Under the pieces are notes generated by a model, which saw nothing but the letters and a program-made list of their open reading frames with translations, did no database searches and was not told where the DNA came from. Source: a virus. Taken from it: a DNA stretch of 64,000 bases. Where the stretch lies: the IMG/VR virus record IMGVR_UViG_3300043786_000977, positions 99,907 through 163,906 of that record. One strand, 5' to 3'. Within the stretch, counting starts at the first letter, position 1. Every line of letters starts with the position of its first letter. A program made the translations under genes and the position numbers. This document shows positions 20,515-29,126 of this stretch, one piece after another.

Positions 20515-21561
20515 ATGGCAAGTATAATGAATGAAGCATTGTCGGAAGCTCTCCAAATCGCTGCGGCTGAAGGTCGGAAACTCCGCCTCCCGCCAGCAGT
20601 CAAGGTGGTCGAACGCCCACCAGAAGAAGATCACCGCCTGGTCCTCGCCATGGTGCGCACGCACCGCAAGGCCCACTTACGCGGCCAGATGACCATCAGT
20701 GCCCGGGAACGGGTATCAGGTGACATTATCCTCGGGCCGTACAGCAATCGGCGGGAGACCCCGACGGAAGAGGGGCTGGACCTGCTTATGCAGGCGCACC
20801 GCTGGGTACTCAATCCCATTCACATGGGTGACGGTAACCGGCGCCCCCTGTACACGATTGTCGGGCCGCCAACCATCACTTTGATGCATCGTATCGAGAC
20901 GCATTGCGATGAGACCGGCTGCGGGAACACGGACCGGGAGTGGAAAGACATCGTCATCATGCGTTCGAGGGATGAGTCAAATCCTCATGAACGTGTCAAT
21001 GGCTGGTCACCTGACCTGTATACGCCCTGCAAAAAGTGTGGAAGGCCCGTAAGCCAGCGGAAACTGTGGTGCACGGCGATTCGTAGCCGGCCGGACAGTC
21101 AGGACGATCCCGTCGTTTTAGAGAAGGATGCGGCGGCCGTCACACGCACATTCCTGGAAGCCTGGAAGCAAGGGCCTCCAGCAGATGGTCAGCCCACCCT
21201 AGGCCTACCTCGGATCTGGGCTGTGTATCGTAAGGACGATGTGCCTGATCAGAGCTGGCAACCATCGGACGCACGGGCGGCCGCTTTGGTTGAGAAGGCT
21301 GCCACGTTCCAGAAGAAGATCGAAAACGGTGGCGTGGTGTCGTATCAGTCATACCCACTCGGTATACTGCCGTATGCTGTCGCCAAACAGTTCCATCAAG
21401 CGCCCGAGCCTCAATCGAAAGAGATTCGGGAGTGGTGGCTGGAAAACGATACGGCAAGCATCGGATGGGTTCGGCGCTCTGACCTCTTCCCGAACGAGAA
21501 CATGGGATGGCGCCGGCGTCTCTGGCACGACAACAGACAGACGACCGAACTGTTAGTCTGA
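20515..21561 (+). CDS. hypothetical protein
   Basis: 348 aa ORF, RBS AAAGGAGAA. Confidence 0.55.
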   Translation: MASIMNEALSEALQIAAAEGRKLRLPPAVKVVERPPEEDHRLVLAMVRTHRKAHLRGQMTISARERVSGDIILGPYSNRRETPTEEGLDLLMQAHRWVLNPIHMGDGNRRPLYTIVGPPTITLMHRIETHCDETGCGNTDREWKDIVIMRSRDESNPHERVNGWSPDLYTPCKKCGRPVSQRKLWCTAIRSRPDSQDDPVVLEKDAAAVTRTFLEAWKQGPPADGQPTLGLPRIWAVYRKDDVPDQSWQPSDARAAALVEKAATFQKKIENGGVVSYQSYPLGILPYAVAKQFHQAPEPQSKEIREWWLENDTASIGWVRRSDLFPNENMGWRRRLWHDNRQTTELLV

Positions 21562-21572
21562 CACCAGCAGCG

Positions 21573-21654
21573 TGGTGTAAAAAAATAGCGTTTGCACTAT
21601 TTCACCTTCACTAGGACGGTGGTGTAAAAAATTAGTGCAAACGCTATTTCACCT
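21573..21654. promoter_or_regulatory. pair of ~35 bp GGTGTAAAAAAWTAG...ATTTCACC elements whose 12 bp cores are reverse complements of each other
   Basis: 21573-21607 ggtgtaaaaaaatagcgtttgcactatttcacc and 21619-21654 ggtgtaaaaaattagtgcaaacgctatttcacc. The flanks are identical and the central 12-mer is inverted. They lie in the 285 bp intergenic region upstream of the XRE regulator gene. Confidence 0.5.
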
Positions 21655-21730
21655 AGACCATGCCCGTGGTATAGGTAAAATAGGTACATGAGGTAGTACG
21701 GGCTGTCTCAGTATGCTGAAAAGACTAGAA

Positions 21731-21827
21731 GTGTGGTGTTAAAAATTAGTCATAGGTACGGGTGCTGTAGTCGTAATAGGCTGTGGTTACAACGATTTAT
21801 ACTAATTTTCAACACTAACACCATGGT
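21731..21827. promoter_or_regulatory. further copies of the GGTGTTAAAAATTAG motif in inverted orientation
   Basis: 21733 gtggtgttaaaaattagtcat and 21796-21827 ttatactaattttcaacactaacacca, which is an approximate reverse complement. Confidence 0.4.
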
Positions 21828-21846
21828 CATAGTGTGCTTGAGCTAA

Positions 21847-22161
21847 GTGACTACCGAGGTGGATTCTGTGAGTAGACCTAAGAAAACGAAAGTGATAGGA
21901 TTTGGTAGATTCCTTAAGGACAAACGTATTCACTGTGGTATGTCACAATACGCTATAGCAGCATCTTTGGGTGTTACTGTACGTAGTGTAAGATACTGGG
22001 AATACGACAGTAAGGTACCTTCTGTAGAACATAGACAACGTCTAGAAGAGTTTCTACAGTTTACCTTACCTGACTCTATTCAAGCTACTAGGTTACTACG
22101 TGGCTTGCCTGTACAATCTCAACCCTTTTTCACAGACCTAAACCAGGAGGAAGACGGATGA
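21847..22161 (+). CDS. XRE-family helix-turn-helix transcriptional regulator
   Basis: MSQYAIAASLGVTVRSVRYWE is an HTH_3-like motif. Confidence 0.6.
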   Translation: MTTEVDSVSRPKKTKVIGFGRFLKDKRIHCGMSQYAIAASLGVTVRSVRYWEYDSKVPSVEHRQRLEEFLQFTLPDSIQATRLLRGLPVQSQPFFTDLNQEEDG

Positions 22162-22952
22162 GTATGCTGCCTAAAGTTGAATGTCCCGAGTGTCACGGAC
22201 TGTTCGATCCCAGGGGTCTCGGACCTCACATGAAGAAGCACGGCATCACTGCCAGTGTCACTGTAACACGAGCCGGCTGGTCGGATGATCAGCTGAACAG
22301 TATCGCAACTGAATTCGTGTTGCTGCGTATGGATCAACCGTTGGCTGACGCCCACGAGTTGTTACAGACGGCCGTGAACAAAGCACTACCTCCGGCAGAG
22401 GTACGGCCGGTGCGTATGACGTCTGGGTTGATCGACGCGGTCACTAAGGCGTGGCAGACGCTTAACGATAACACGGTCGAGGTACCGATTGTCGTCGAGC
22501 GCCAGGTACCGCCCCCGCCCTTCAACTACCGAGTCGAGTTGAGCAAGATTCCCTTTGAGGATTTGCTGCAGGTGTTTGGGGCCCGCATGGGCGCCATCAT
22601 CGATCACATGGGTACGTCGAGAGCGGTCATCGAATCTTATGCGAAACCGAAGGTTGTTGAACCGACGCGGCCACGCAAGCCGCGGGTTGCGATCATCGGT
22701 TTGTTGTCTGATCAACAACAGGCTATCAGCGCGTCTGCTGAGGCTGGCGATTTCGATCTGCGCTTCATCAACAAGGAGCGTGCCAACCAGTCTATCAATT
22801 CGGCCGTAGATTGGATTGTCGTGCAGAAACACACTGCACACGGATGGTGGAACAGCGCCCGCGACAAGATCGGAGCTGACCGCGTACTATTCGCGGCCGG
22901 CGGTATCTCGTCGGTGTTGGAGTGTCTGCGTAATGTGAAGAGCCGTGCATAA
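22158..22952 (+). CDS. hypothetical protein
   Basis: 264 aa ORF, RBS AGGAGGAAGA. Confidence 0.55.
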   Translation: MSMLPKVECPECHGLFDPRGLGPHMKKHGITASVTVTRAGWSDDQLNSIATEFVLLRMDQPLADAHELLQTAVNKALPPAEVRPVRMTSGLIDAVTKAWQTLNDNTVEVPIVVERQVPPPPFNYRVELSKIPFEDLLQVFGARMGAIIDHMGTSRAVIESYAKPKVVEPTRPRKPRVAIIGLLSDQQQAISASAEAGDFDLRFINKERANQSINSAVDWIVVQKHTAHGWWNSARDKIGADRVLFAAGGISSVLECLRNVKSRA

Positions 22953-22999
22953 AACGACTTGTGCCCCAGCAGCGCATGTCGTATAGTCAACTAATTCAG

Positions 23000-23075
23000 A
23001 GTCGGGTAACTCAGCTGGGAGAGTGCCAGGTCTACACCCTGGATGTCGCAGGTTCAATCCCTGTCCCGACTACCA
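23000..23075 (+). tRNA. tRNA, probably tRNA-Val (anticodon TAC)
   Basis: Cloverleaf: acceptor agtcggg/cccgact, D arm actc/gagt, anticodon stem ccagg/cctgg with loop tctacac, T arm gcagg-ttcaatc-cctgt, encoded CCA. Position 33 is C, which is atypical. Confidence 0.55.
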
Positions 23076-23278
23076 TTTTTGAAGTCAAGGCTAGTGCAGT
23101 AGCCGGTAAGGAAAGGTAATGCCACAAGGCAAATTCCTCAGCAGGTGGTCGTCATACCCAGTCAACAACCGCAAGGTTTCCAAGACTGCATTTTCTTGGT
23201 AGTTGGCGGATTGCCGGTAGTGCTAAGAGCGACCTGGTTGTATGGGTGGGGAATCCATACTTGATTTCAAATTTCTAT

Positions 23279-23363
23279 TGCGGGGTGTCGAGAAGTTGGT
23301 ATCTCAGCAGGCTCATAACCTGCCGCGTAAGCCTCGTGGGTTCAAGTCCCACCCCCGCAACCA
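23279..23363 (+). tRNA. atypical tRNA-like gene with CAT anticodon (Met/Ile2-like)
   Basis: Acceptor tgcgggg/ccccgca plus CCA, anticodon stem gcagg/cctgc with loop ctcataa, T arm gtggg-ttcaagt-cccac. Irregular: 4 nt between the acceptor and D stem, and a 12 nt variable region. Confidence 0.4.
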
Positions 23364-23479
23364 TCTTACTTGGGCGGTAAATTACAGGTAAGTGTTCAAC
23401 GCCCGGATACACATGACCCCGGGTACAGATAGAACACTATATCTGGCCGCCCATCTATTTTTACAACAAGGAGAGTCTG

Positions 23480-23809
23480 ATGGCGACATATCGTTACGTT
23501 GCGCGTTCGAGTTATGGTAATCGGTGGGAAGGCCAGCTAACTGCACGTAGTTCCGAATCTGTTGCAGCTGCATTAACCACTGCAGGTTGGATCCCACTTT
23601 CAATCGTTATGGTGTCACGCACTAACGCGCCCGACGTACCTAGTACACTGACAGTTACGCCTCCTACATCCTCCACTGATGCACGCGTCCGTCCACAGCG
23701 CCCGACCAGTGGTGGTTGGTCAACTGAACAACCTACCTGGTTTGATAAACTGTGTGCGCGCTTGCGCCACATATTCCTGGTCGATAAGTCTAACAAGCAA
23801 CTCATGTGA
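23480..23809 (+). CDS. hypothetical protein
   Basis: 109 aa, RBS AAGGAG. Confidence 0.5.
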   Translation: MATYRYVARSSYGNRWEGQLTARSSESVAAALTTAGWIPLSIVMVSRTNAPDVPSTLTVTPPTSSTDARVRPQRPTSGGWSTEQPTWFDKLCARLRHIFLVDKSNKQLM

Positions 23810-23818
23810 AAGGTTAGT

Positions 23819-24106
23819 ATGTCTGCAGAGGCGATAGCGAACAGTATACTTGCTGGTAGATTTACGGATCAACTGGCCGCCGTTGAGGCCGTGTTGATGT
23901 ATTTCTACAACGTAGACCCTGTAGCTCAGATCAAAGGGTTATTCGACAATCCTGCACCGTCGTATATCGCCCAGTGGTCCCATCTCTACCGACAGGGTTT
24001 GACTGAGTGGTGGGGTCATCTTGACGTGGAACACAAACGTGCCTACGTCAGCGCGGCCCTAGATCGTTATGGTGCAGAAGCATACAAGCGCATAGGTGTT
24101 GCATGA
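23819..24106 (+). CDS. hypothetical protein
   Basis: 95 aa ORF. Confidence 0.5.
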   Translation: MSAEAIANSILAGRFTDQLAAVEAVLMYFYNVDPVAQIKGLFDNPAPSYIAQWSHLYRQGLTEWWGHLDVEHKRAYVSAALDRYGAEAYKRIGVA

Positions 24107-25152
24107 AGTTCTTATTTTCTGGGGCTAAAGAGCTACTCACGTCGGCCGTTGTGCCAGAAGACGTATTCGGTCCCGCCCTTGATGAAGTTGAGAGTGCTTA
24201 CCGTGCACTAGCAATGGTCACACATCCGGATAAGCACAAAGGCTCTGCCAAGGCCGCGGATGCGTTCCAACTCCTACAGACTTGGAAAGCCAAAGCTGAT
24301 ACCAAGATAGCCAACGGTACCTACGGAGATCGTAACGCTCAAGCCGCGGTCACGATCACACACGGAAAGCACACCTACGTGGTGACTAACCGTATCGACT
24401 CGGGTGACCTCGCTGAAGTGTACGGCGGCGTGGATGCTGCGAAGAAGCCCATCATCATCAAGGTTGTGCGTTCGCCTGCCAATAATGACCTGCTTGTCAA
24501 TGAGGCCAAGGTGCTGGAGGACATTCATGAACAGGCTGAAACTGCCGAGTCTGTGCTTCTGGTGCATTTGCCTAAACTGGTATCCGCGTTCCAACTCGTT
24601 GAGGGTGCGGCACGCCGTCAGGTGAATATCTTCGAGGTGATTCCGGACACCTGTACGCTGGCGGATGTCATCAAGGCCTATCCTGAGGGTATCGATCCCC
24701 GTGACGTGGCGTGGATGTTCAACCGTATTCTAGGCGGTTTGGTCCTGACACACAAATGTGGCTACGTGCACGGCGCACTGACACCAGACCATATACTGAT
24801 CGTACCCGAGACGCATAACGGTATACTGATCGATTGGAGCTACTCGGTGCCGGTCGGCGAGAAGATCAAGGCCATATCACCAAAGTGGAAAGGTTACTAT
24901 CCTGCTGAAGTACTGACGGGACATCCGTCAACCTTTGGTGTGGATCTGTACATGGCGGCACGTTGTGCCTCTGCGCTACTCGGTACACAACCGCGTCCGC
25001 GCTTGTTAGCTGGTTTTCTACGTGCGTGTTTGTTGGGTCCGCGGCATAGACCGCAGAACGCCCACGAGACGTTCGTAGAATTCAGAGAGTTGTTGGCTAC
25101 CCTGTTTGGTAAGCCGACGTTTCGTAGGTTCACATTATCAACAACAAAGTAG
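24103..25152 (+). CDS. J-domain (DnaJ-like) protein fused to a protein-kinase-like domain
   Basis: J-domain with HPD motif (YRALAMVTHPDKHKGSAKAADAFQLL). Downstream: kinase-like Gly-rich/Lys region (VYGGV...IIIKV), catalytic-loop-like HGALTPDHILIV, and DFG-like ILIDW. Confidence 0.6.
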   Translation: MKFLFSGAKELLTSAVVPEDVFGPALDEVESAYRALAMVTHPDKHKGSAKAADAFQLLQTWKAKADTKIANGTYGDRNAQAAVTITHGKHTYVVTNRIDSGDLAEVYGGVDAAKKPIIIKVVRSPANNDLLVNEAKVLEDIHEQAETAESVLLVHLPKLVSAFQLVEGAARRQVNIFEVIPDTCTLADVIKAYPEGIDPRDVAWMFNRILGGLVLTHKCGYVHGALTPDHILIVPETHNGILIDWSYSVPVGEKIKAISPKWKGYYPAEVLTGHPSTFGVDLYMAARCASALLGTQPRPRLLAGFLRACLLGPRHRPQNAHETFVEFRELLATLFGKPTFRRFTLSTTK

Positions 25153-25157
25153 GGAGA

Positions 25158-25391
25158 ATGACTATGGGCGCTGCAGCACATGACGATTCCGCAGAAGTGA
25201 AGAATGTTGCGATTCCGGTGCCTCTGGCACCACAACCGGCGGAGACCCCCGTGGCTCCGGTTCCCTCCTGTGGGTCAGTGGCATGTCAGTGTCGTCCGCA
25301 GGACATGACCATCAAGGATGTGCTCACCGAGATACGTGAGCGCCTGATGTCCATTATCAGTGACATCAACGACGAGTTGGCGGCACTGTAA
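25158..25391 (+). CDS. hypothetical protein
   Basis: 77 aa, RBS AGGGAGAA. Confidence 0.45.
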   Translation: MTMGAAAHDDSAEVKNVAIPVPLAPQPAETPVAPVPSCGSVACQCRPQDMTIKDVLTEIRERLMSIISDINDELAAL

Positions 25392-25418
25392 CAATCACAA
25401 CGAATACGGAGGACTACT

Positions 25419-26447
25419 ATGGGTGGTGGATCTTATAGCGACGCAGCCTATACGGCACGTTCAGTGCATCACGCGAAGACGGGCACGAGTTTCTTCAAGC
25501 ACGACGCCGACATACGATCGGGCCATGTCGCCGCCACGGTGCACGCATCTCTGGATCCCGCGGGTCTGAATAAGGCCGGCGTGAAGATCCGGGAGAGCCG
25601 TGATAGCGACGAACATCCGAACAGTCGGGCCGTCGCCGTCATTTTTGACGAGACCGGCAGTATGAGTGAGGTACCGGGTGTCTTCAAGGACGCCTTGCCT
25701 AAACTCATGGCGTTGCTCGTGAAGAAGGGTTATCTGGCAGATCCACATGTTCTGTTGGGTGCCGTCGGCGATGCCTATTCCGACCGTGTGCCCCTACAGA
25801 TCGGCCAGTTCGAGTCGGGTAACGAGATGGACGAGGCGTTGGCCAACATCTACCTGGAGGGTAACGGCGGTGGTCAGCAGCACGAGTCGTACGCGTTGGC
25901 GATGTACTTCATGGCCAAGTATACGGCGATGGACTGCCTGGAGAAGCGCGGACAGAAGGGCTACTTGTTCATGTCGGGTGATGAACTGCCCTACGGTCTG
26001 GGTGTATACCGAAACCTTCCTGCCGTCGAGAAAGCCCAGGTGAAGCGCCTCATTGGAGACGATATCCAGGGTGATCTGACGTTCGACGAGGTTTGGAAGA
26101 TGCTCAACGACAAGTTCGAGGTCTTCTGGATCTTCCCCAAACAAGGGAGTTACTTCAATCATCGCAACGTCGTCGAGCCGTTGAAGAAACTGTTCGGTGA
26201 ACGTTTCATCGCGCTCGACGAAGCCAGCGATATCTGCGAGACCATCGCAACCGCCATCGGTGTGGCCGAAGGTTATGACGTGAACGACGTCACGCAGGCC
26301 CTGGTCGATGTCGGCGCCGATCCGGCCGCGGCCAAACGTGCGGGTAAGGCACTCGCACTCTACTCCAAGAGTGGTGCAGTGATGAAGGGCGCCAAAGCCG
26401 ATGGCGCGCTCGTCGCGACGGGCAGTGATGCCGTCGAACGTTTATAA
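25419..26447 (+). CDS. von Willebrand factor A (vWA) domain protein
   Basis: MIDAS motif AVIFDETGSMS (DxSxS). RBS ACGGAGGA. Confidence 0.6.
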   Translation: MGGGSYSDAAYTARSVHHAKTGTSFFKHDADIRSGHVAATVHASLDPAGLNKAGVKIRESRDSDEHPNSRAVAVIFDETGSMSEVPGVFKDALPKLMALLVKKGYLADPHVLLGAVGDAYSDRVPLQIGQFESGNEMDEALANIYLEGNGGGQQHESYALAMYFMAKYTAMDCLEKRGQKGYLFMSGDELPYGLGVYRNLPAVEKAQVKRLIGDDIQGDLTFDEVWKMLNDKFEVFWIFPKQGSYFNHRNVVEPLKKLFGERFIALDEASDICETIATAIGVAEGYDVNDVTQALVDVGADPAAAKRAGKALALYSKSGAVMKGAKADGALVATGSDAVERL

Positions 26448-26519
26448 GCGGCACAACCCGGTAATCTAGTACCCTACGTCGGCCCTAGGGTCGGCGTAGG
26501 GGAACCAACAAGGAGCGAT

Positions 26520-27785
26520 ATGCCTTTTGTTCTATGCGTGATAGGACTTGGTTTCGGCGACGAGACTAAGGGTGCTACAGTAGACGCGCTCTGTCGACAT
26601 ACAGGCGCCGATGTGATTGTACGCCATAACGGTGGGGCACAGGCAGCGCACAATGTGTGTCTTCCTGACGGCCGGCATCATACGTTCGCCCAGATTGGCA
26701 GTGGGAGTTTCGTACCCAACGTACAGACAGTTCTATCCAAGTTCATGTTGGTGAATCCATCTACGTGGCTGGTGGAGGCAGAAAGTTTCTGTAAGCAGGC
26801 GAGTAGTGTACCGACGGTGTTAGGCGCACGTACATGGGTGGATGAACGAGCTGTCGTTACAACACCGTTCCACGTTGCACTCAACCGAACACGCGAATAT
26901 GCCCGTGGAGTTACAAAGCATGGTACGACGGGTATGGGGATCAGTGAGACTGTGCTCGATAGTCTATCCCGCTCGGATGTGATGCGTTGTGGTGATTTAC
27001 GGGGACCGAGAGGTCAGATCATGAGTGGACTACTGCGCACGCGTGAGGCGTTGCTGCCTGAGATCAAACGATTGGGCGCGGAGATAGAGTTCGATCGGTT
27101 GAACCCGGATCGGATCGTGGATCGTTTTATCAAGTTCGCCAACATGACTCATATCGTCTCCAATGAACGTTTGGCTAAGCTTACACAGGCCGCCAATGGC
27201 GTAATCTTTGAAGGTGCACAAGGCTTACTGTTGGACGAAAACTACGGATTCCACCCGCATACGACGTGGTCGACTACGACAGATCGTAATGCCCGTAACT
27301 TGTGTTTTGATTACGGTATTAGTTCACCTTACGTTATTGGTGTTACACGGACCTACGGTACCCGTCACGGTGCAGGGCCTTTTCCAGGCGAAGAGCCTAA
27401 AATGGGTTTTCCCGAACTGCACAATAACGACTCTGGTATGGCGGGAACCTTCCGTCAAGGATACTTGCATCTGCCCCTACTGAAGTATGCGGCGGTATGT
27501 ATGGGCCAGCTCAACGGACTGGCTGTCAGTCACCTGGATTGCCAACCATTTCGCTACTGTGATCTGGATACTGAACTGGTTCTTTCTATGCCGTGTACTA
27601 TACAGGCACAGGAGGGCTTGTGTCGGCAGGCTTGGCGTAGTAAGCCGACTGTGCGTTTGCACGACGAACAAGCAGGCGAGTTTCCGCGATTCCTTGCAAG
27701 TGAATTGAGTGTGCCGTTGTGCATGACCAGTGACGGACCTACACATCTGAACAGACAGGTCACACTACCCGCCGGCGTAGTGTAA
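26520..27785 (+). CDS. adenylosuccinate synthetase family protein (PurA-like, possibly PurZ-type)
   Basis: Collinear with E. coli PurA motifs: GFGDETKGA (QWGDEGKGK), VVRHNGGAQAAHNV, GTTGMGIS, FEGAQGLLLDENYGFHPHTTWSTT, RTYGTRHGAGPFPGEE. 421 aa. Confidence 0.85.
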   Translation: MPFVLCVIGLGFGDETKGATVDALCRHTGADVIVRHNGGAQAAHNVCLPDGRHHTFAQIGSGSFVPNVQTVLSKFMLVNPSTWLVEAESFCKQASSVPTVLGARTWVDERAVVTTPFHVALNRTREYARGVTKHGTTGMGISETVLDSLSRSDVMRCGDLRGPRGQIMSGLLRTREALLPEIKRLGAEIEFDRLNPDRIVDRFIKFANMTHIVSNERLAKLTQAANGVIFEGAQGLLLDENYGFHPHTTWSTTTDRNARNLCFDYGISSPYVIGVTRTYGTRHGAGPFPGEEPKMGFPELHNNDSGMAGTFRQGYLHLPLLKYAAVCMGQLNGLAVSHLDCQPFRYCDLDTELVLSMPCTIQAQEGLCRQAWRSKPTVRLHDEQAGEFPRFLASELSVPLCMTSDGPTHLNRQVTLPAGVV

Positions 27786-27957
27786 GCTGAATTGATCCTG
27801 ACGACCTAGGTAAAAACGGTGACCTACCAATCGTGAGCTTAGTCGACGGGGTACCCCAACTCGACGGGCAGGGAAATGTGACAAACAGGCACCGCGGCTT
27901 ACGCCGGATGGAGAGTAATCCGGCACTCAAACTAAAACAAAAACAAGGAGAAATCCC

Positions 27958-28725
27958 ATGTCGAAATTGCATGAAGTATTGGCGGTAGAGGGTGAGTTGG
28001 CGGGCGTGTTCAAGAACATCCTGCAGGAAACGGCCACCACGTTTGACAAGAAGCCAGATCACTTCCAGGGTCACGACAAGACGCTGGAAATGTTCGCGGC
28101 CGAACGCAAACCGGAAGAAGTGACCGAGCACAAGGAAGTGACCGAGACTGTACCCAGCAAGCTGGCGTATATGTTTGGGCATGCGGTGCGGTTCATCGAT
28201 TGCAATCTCCAGAAGGAAGCTGCGAACCAGGTGGCATTCGCCGACGTGGTCGTCACCGATGAAGTGACGGGTGTCACGACGACCATTGGTACGAGTCTGC
28301 CAGCCACGTTCCTGCTTGGGCTCGAAACCAAGCTGAAGTTGATTCGCGACGTACTCCAGACCATCCCGACTGTGCCTCCCGGGTTCACATGGACCGCCGA
28401 AGCCAGCGCAGAGAAAGCGGGACTGTGGCGCCGGAACGAGATCGAGGTTCGGCAGAAGACCGAGAAGGTCGTCAAGCCCGTGGTGCTGTATCCGGCGACG
28501 GACAAACATCCCGCGCAGGTCAAGGAACTGTCGGAAGATGTGCAGGTTGGGAAGTTCACCACCGTGCATTATAACGGCATGCTCACGCCGCTCGATAAGA
28601 GTCGACTGCTCGGCCGCATCGATGCGCTGGCCCGTGCGGTGAAGCAGGCACGTCAGCGTGCCAACTCGGTTGAGGTGCCACAGGTCGCCGTCGGTAAGGC
28701 GATCCAGGACTTCATTCTGGGCTAG
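27958..28725 (+). CDS. hypothetical protein
   Basis: 255 aa, strong RBS AAGGAGAAA. The overlapping minus ORF 27760..28569 is rejected. Confidence 0.55.
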   Translation: MSKLHEVLAVEGELAGVFKNILQETATTFDKKPDHFQGHDKTLEMFAAERKPEEVTEHKEVTETVPSKLAYMFGHAVRFIDCNLQKEAANQVAFADVVVTDEVTGVTTTIGTSLPATFLLGLETKLKLIRDVLQTIPTVPPGFTWTAEASAEKAGLWRRNEIEVRQKTEKVVKPVVLYPATDKHPAQVKELSEDVQVGKFTTVHYNGMLTPLDKSRLLGRIDALARAVKQARQRANSVEVPQVAVGKAIQDFILG

Positions 28726-28731
28726 ACTTTC

Positions 28732-28768
28732 GCGTCCGGTAGTTGTATATTACCGGACGTAATTTGAT
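28732..28768 (+). terminator. rho-independent terminator
   Basis: cgtccggta...taccggacg followed by taatttgattt. Confidence 0.5.
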
Positions 28769-29104
28769 TTCAGGTAAGTTCAGCGTATGTTGTAGTTGTT
28801 AGGGCGTCTGCCCATCATCGTCATCGTATTGCCTGAACAGCTTAAGCAATCCTTACGTGGAGTAGTGGGCTGACGTGCCTACAATAATACCAGATGTTGC
28901 AGGTTCAACTCCTGCCCCCGCTCCCATTAAACTATGGCGGGGTACCTCAATGGTTAGAGGGCTGGTACACTTCAAATTGAGCACGTTAGAGCTGCCAAAC
29001 ACAAACAAGGAGTCATGCTCTTGACTGAGCAGTTGTTATTTTATAACAATGACAAGGGGGGCCGGGAAAATAGGAACATCGACCCGGTCCCCCTTTCTTT
29101 TTTC
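28769..29104 (+). ncRNA. candidate ~330 nt ncRNA with a circularly permuted tRNA-like module (Y-RNA/YrlA-like tRNA mimic)
   Basis: No ORF, and the region is bounded by terminators at 28732-28768 and 29056-29104. Module at 28889..28966: accag (anticodon 3' strand), atgtt, T arm gcagg-ttcaact-cctgc, acceptor 3' ccccgct, c, CCA, 9 nt loop ttaaactat, acceptor 5' ggcgggg, ta, D arm cctc-aatggtta-gagg, g, ctggt (anticodon 5' strand). Every tRNA stem is complementary, but the gene order is permuted. Confidence 0.45.
29056..29104 (+). terminator. strong rho-independent terminator
   Basis: gggggg-ccggg ... cccgg-t-ccccc followed by tttcttttttcc. Confidence 0.7.
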
Positions 29105-29126
29105 CGACTCAAACAAGGAACACAGT

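Noticed and set aside
27760-28569. 269 aa minus-strand ORF
   Set aside because: It fully overlaps the + strand gene 27958..28725, which has a strong AAGGAG RBS and fits the unidirectional gene array. The minus ORF has no RBS or motif support.
28889-28966. Considered a two-piece (permuted) tmRNA or an integrase attP core
   Set aside because: There is no tag reading frame ending in a LAA-stop-like degron. A complete one-piece tmRNA exists at 30462. No integrase is nearby. The same architecture recurs at 59495, so a tRNA-mimic (Y-RNA-like) module was preferred.
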